A stretch of DNA of 49,224 nucleotides from Candidatus Thorarchaeota archaeon (GTDB lineage Archaea; Asgardarchaeota; Thorarchaeia; Thorarchaeales; Thorarchaeaceae): the NCBI GenBank assembly GCA_016839605.1, contig JAEOTX010000100.1, positions 1 through 49,224 of the forward strand, given 5' to 3'. The translations under genes were made by a program, and so were the position numbers. Every line of letters starts with the position of its first letter. Within the stretch, counting starts at the first letter, position 1. This document shows, in pieces, positions 45,623 through 49,224 of the stretch. The notes beneath the pieces were generated by a model, which was given only the letters and a program-made list of their open reading frames with translations, ran no database searches and was not told the origin of the DNA.

Positions 45623-46840
45623 CTAGGACCCCTCCGCCCAATCGATATACCTCTTCACATCCTCTGGAGCTGTTGCAGGCCTGATATTCTCAATGGCTTG
45701 CAGCAAGTCTTCTCTTGATACTGGTCGAACATCTAGAATCTCTTCCTCTTCATCCATTCTTCCAGTCCGTTGTAAGTCCCTGATAGGCTCCATAGCTGCC
45801 TCTCTGCAGACGACACTTATGTCGCGTCCACTGTAGCCCTCACTGAGGTCTGCAAGCTCCTCATAGTCTACATCGGGGGCAACCTCGATGTCTTCCATGT
45901 GTATCTCAAAGATTTTCTTCCTTGCAGGTCTGTCTGGTAGTGGCACGTGGATCTTCTTCTCAAATCTGGACCGAAGTGCAAAGTCCAACTCCCATGGGAG
46001 ATTGGTCGCACCAATCACCGTGACTCTGTCTTCCAAATCACTCGCGAGTCCCTGTAGTTCGGTGAGGAGCTGAGTCTTTAGTCTTCTTTCTCCTCCCACA
46101 TCATCGCCAGACCTAGAAACTCCTACAGAATCAAGTTCATCCATGAAGACTATAGCAGGTTGATTTCGTCTGGCCAAGGTGAAGAGATTCATGACCAGCT
46201 TCTCAGACTCTCCAAGCCACTTGCTTACAATGTTGCCAGCAGACACATTGAAGAACGTGGCATTCACTTCTGCCGCGACTGCCTTTGCAATCAAGGTCTT
46301 TCCGCAGCCTGCAGGTCCGTAGAACAGTATCCCCCTCCAAGGTTGACGGGACTTTCCTTTGAAGAGCTCTGGGTGCTTCATCGGTGCCACAATTGCGTCA
46401 TGAATTGCCTGCTTTGCATCTTCCAAGCCTGCAACATCACTCATCTTGACACTGGGTTTCTCAGTAATGATTGTATCAGCTATCATCTCCTGAAGTCTTC
46501 GTGTGTCTTCATCCACCTCTGCTTCGGCTTCTGCTGTCTTCTCCATTGCGGGTTCTGACTCCGCACTTGGGCTGAAGACAGGTGGTGTTGTCAGTCCCTC
46601 TGGAGGTCCTCTAGCCTTCTTCTTAATTCCAGAGATGTAGCGAACTCTGTCAACGCATTCCTGTGCCCTGTCAAGATAGTGTTTCTGGACTGAGGGCAGA
46701 GATGCGGCATTTGACAGTTTGATCAGAATCTTGCTTGCTTTCAGATAATACTGAGCAGCTTCTTTCTTCATTCCTCTCTGATCCAATTCTATGGCCTTAT
46801 CTAGGAGATTTCTCAGGCCTTGGTCTACTCTATCAGACAT
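45623..46840 (-). CDS. vps4: Vps4 AAA ATPase with N-terminal MIT domain
   Basis: MIT (KAIELD..G..KEA...Y...A..C..R), DVAGLE.AK, PWRGIL.YGP.GCGKT, SKWLGESEK, DELD, RRLKT.LL, ATNLPW.LD. Confidence 0.93.
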   Translation of the reverse strand: MSDRVDQGLRNLLDKAIELDQRGMKKEAAQYYLKASKILIKLSNAASLPSVQKHYLDRAQECVDRVRYISGIKKKARGPPEGLTTPPVFSPSAESEPAMEKTAEAEAEVDEDTRRLQEMIADTIITEKPSVKMSDVAGLEDAKQAIHDAIVAPMKHPELFKGKSRQPWRGILFYGPAGCGKTLIAKAVAAEVNATFFNVSAGNIVSKWLGESEKLVMNLFTLARRNQPAIVFMDELDSVGVSRSGDDVGGERRLKTQLLTELQGLASDLEDRVTVIGATNLPWELDFALRSRFEKKIHVPLPDRPARKKIFEIHMEDIEVAPDVDYEELADLSEGYSGRDISVVCREAAMEPIRDLQRTGRMDEEEEILDVRPVSREDLLQAIENIRPATAPEDVKRYIDWAEGS

Positions 46841-46981
46841 CCCGATTCAGGTCTAACTGGAACCTGTGATGATAATAAGTTCTGTGTGACCTATCACTAT
46901 ACGCTCTTAACACCGAGATTCCTAGATTATGAATAAGGAAGGCCGCACCTTGTTCTACGAAGGTTTAAACGTTGAGCAATC

Positions 46982-47635
46982 ATGCTAGTCTTGCAGGGCG
47001 AAGTCCCTGACGAAGTGGTGAGGCCGTTGGATTCACTTAGAAAGGCATTCAAATGGGGTCGGAAGAAACCCGACATTGGAGAGGTTTCCAGCCAACTCAG
47101 AATTCTAACCAAACAGCTTGCTCGTGAGAGAAACAAGCTAGAGAAGGAAGAGCGGGACACAAGAGCTCGCGCCATAAAGGCTCGCAAGGCTGGACAGACG
47201 GATGCCTTCAAGACTTACGCCACTGAAATGGTGCGCTTCCGAAGATACGCTCTTTCAACAGACAAAGCACGTCTTCAAATCCTCAAGATATTGGCTCATC
47301 TCAATCGCGCGCAGACTTCGGCAAGAACCGGCCGCGCACTTGAGCAAGTTGCAAAGATACTAGGAATGCTGGGTGACACAAGCGATACCCGGAAACTGGT
47401 GGAAAATGTTGATGAAATCACTCGCCGCCTAGATGAGTTTGAGATTGAAAGTGAAATATCTGCAGATGCACTTGATGCAAGTATGGAAGTAAGCTCAGAT
47501 GACCTGACCGCTGCTATGCAGGAAATTGACGTGGAGGTCGGACTGGCTGATGCAACTGTGGCTGCTAAGCCTGCTTCTGAATCAGACACCCTTGAGAAAG
47601 ACATCAAGGATCTGGAGCGCGAACTGGGTATCTAG
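46982..47635 (+). CDS. ESCRT-III protein, Vps2/24/46 (CHMP1-3) class
   Basis: Basic N-half (L.....KQL.RE..KL.KEE......AIKA.K.G......YA.E.VR.R), acidic C-half, C-terminal MIM1-like LEKDIKDL; start may be TTG near 47027. Confidence 0.85.
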   Translation: MLVLQGEVPDEVVRPLDSLRKAFKWGRKKPDIGEVSSQLRILTKQLARERNKLEKEERDTRARAIKARKAGQTDAFKTYATEMVRFRRYALSTDKARLQILKILAHLNRAQTSARTGRALEQVAKILGMLGDTSDTRKLVENVDEITRRLDEFEIESEISADALDASMEVSSDDLTAAMQEIDVEVGLADATVAAKPASESDTLEKDIKDLERELGI

Positions 47636-49195
47636 CTACCATCTATATCCTTGACCGTAACGAGATGAACGTTCGATTTCGCGTTTAGTGTGATACGAAT
47701 CACGCATCAGACCTCTATATCTTCTGATGAAGTCTTCGGGGACCAGATGGCCATTTCTCATCAGATGGACTGTTTCATTGATTGCATTCTGAATCTCCAT
47801 AGCGTTTCTTCTGAGATACTCCATATCAAATCCAGTGCCTCCATATGGCACCCCCTGCCTGTAGTCCACTCGTCCAATAGTGTTCTCAAGATGCTCTTTG
47901 AAAGCCCTTGGATGGTCATATGGGTTCTCATTTCTGCCATATCCTGATGGCATCGTTCTTGAATGGAAAAATTCTGATCTCCCTGGGTAACGCTGCGGTG
48001 CTTCTACGGCTGTGTTGCTTGTTGAAAGGAGTGAATACACTAAACCCTCTATCTTCAATCTGACGTCGCTAATGTTGAGGTTCTTCTGTTCGATTTTCCT
48101 AACCCTTTGTAAGTCGCTCTGCATATACTTCTCAAACTTTCTCGCAATCTCAAAATAATCTGGCATGACCTTCTTTGTATCCTCACTGCAGGAGATTTTA
48201 AGGTCGCCCTGTTTGAGTCGCAATACAAGCTTCTTTCGAAGCCGACCATATTCCTCAATCCCTTTCAAATACATTAATGGGAATTGGAATACAATCTCTG
48301 TCTTCTTGCGTAATCTTCCTGTTTCAGCTACTAGGAATAACCTCTTGTTTGTGATGAAGAGAGTGCCATAGGCCTTGTCATTCTTCAAGAAGTTACTACC
48401 TACCACCCTAATGTCTGGCAATGCAGCCACGGGCAATTCATTGACAGAGAGTTCGCCATGTTCATAGAAGTCAGCGAATTCTTTCCTGTGATAGCTCAAG
48501 CCGTCAAGTTGTGCCATCACCTCTTTGAGCCTCGGTCTAACCTCATTTAGGCTGTCATCCACATGCTGCTTGTAGTAGTTGCCTAGCTCCATCACCCTAT
48601 TCCTGACACCTTCGATGAACGGGAACTGAGCCGGAGTCCATTTGCTATAGTCGAGTAATCCCTTTGTTTCAGCGGCAATCTGCTTCGCAACTATTTCTGC
48701 TTGATTTCCTATTCGACTCTTAATTGCAGGCATCTCATCCTGTACGGACTCCACTTTCTCCTCAATCCAATGATAATGCAGGAAGTTTGCCATTCTGAGA
48801 GATACAAGCGTCCTCTTGGCATTGTCAAGTTTGGTCGTGAATTCTCTCAGTTTGGTATGGCCATATTGGATACTCATGATGGAATGTCTAAGCTCTTGAG
48901 CCAGAGTTCGCCTTCTCTCTTCCAGCAGGACAATCCGACTAGAGTGACACCGAGGGCATATGTCTGCCGTTCGTTTACCAGCATCAATATTCTCAGATTC
49001 ACACTCAGGACATGTGTCCAACGCCTCGTCCTGTGACAGAGTCAATGTTGCATGACAGTCGCGGCACATATGATACTCTTTGGTCCGAGAATCGAGGCAA
49101 TCGGAACACAGCACTGTACCACAATCTTCACACATGTGACTAGCTCTGTTTCTTTGACAGACAGGGCACCGATGAGATGAGGAATCTAGAGTCAA
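47636..49195 (-). CDS. Multidomain protein: B-box/zinc fingers, coiled coil, PH/GRAM-like domain, Tyr/Pro/Gly linker, Vps23-like steadiness box
   Basis: CxxC..CxxC...C..C plus further CxxC pairs; heptad region; GTLFITNKRLFL; C-term EIQNAINETVHLMRNGHLVPEDFIRRYRGL; GGAGGT upstream of TTG. Confidence 0.7.
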   Translation of the reverse strand: MTLDSSSHRCPVCQRNRASHMCEDCGTVLCSDCLDSRTKEYHMCRDCHATLTLSQDEALDTCPECESENIDAGKRTADICPRCHSSRIVLLEERRRTLAQELRHSIMSIQYGHTKLREFTTKLDNAKRTLVSLRMANFLHYHWIEEKVESVQDEMPAIKSRIGNQAEIVAKQIAAETKGLLDYSKWTPAQFPFIEGVRNRVMELGNYYKQHVDDSLNEVRPRLKEVMAQLDGLSYHRKEFADFYEHGELSVNELPVAALPDIRVVGSNFLKNDKAYGTLFITNKRLFLVAETGRLRKKTEIVFQFPLMYLKGIEEYGRLRKKLVLRLKQGDLKISCSEDTKKVMPDYFEIARKFEKYMQSDLQRVRKIEQKNLNISDVRLKIEGLVYSLLSTSNTAVEAPQRYPGRSEFFHSRTMPSGYGRNENPYDHPRAFKEHLENTIGRVDYRQGVPYGGTGFDMEYLRRNAMEIQNAINETVHLMRNGHLVPEDFIRRYRGLMRDSYHTKREIERSSRYGQGYRW

Positions 49196-49224
49196 GTGTA
49201 TACCTCCTGCAGCCTATGGAGTAA

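Overview
Gene-dense archaeal chromosomal window, most likely from an Asgard archaeon. Thorarchaeia is plausible, but that is inferred from gene content, not tested. Housekeeping genes include uridine phosphorylase, class V FBP aldolase/phosphatase, archaeal TpiA, two near-identical tRNA-Arg genes, tandem thioredoxins, a Hrq1/YprA-type helicase followed by arcS-raSEA (archaeosine synthesis), a nurA-herA-mre11-rad50 operon, two tandem GT-C glycosyltransferases, PolB1-type polymerase, a class III aminotransferase, an orphan DNA methyltransferase and AspRS. The right end (44.1-49.2 kb) is an ESCRT locus: a Vps28(N-core)-Vps22/36 fusion, Vps25, MIT-Vps4, a Vps2/24/46-type ESCRT-III, and a 519-aa protein. 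That protein has B-box/zinc fingers, a coiled coil, a PH/GRAM(GLUE)-like domain, a Tyr/Pro/Gly linker and a C-terminal Vps23-like steadiness box, but no UEV domain. The best candidate for a new system is this apparently rewired, possibly ubiquitin-independent ESCRT-I/II module. Other trafficking-like candidates are a cytoplasmic IFT52-like GIFT protein with coiled coil and an ESCRT-I-like hairpin, and a signal-less Ig-fold protein resembling a mu-homology domain. Several enzyme folds appear to have lost catalytic residues (M24, Nif3, gamma-CA, MBL, GH-like). No CRISPR array, transposase or integrase was seen. All family calls come from motif recognition by eye; no searches were run.
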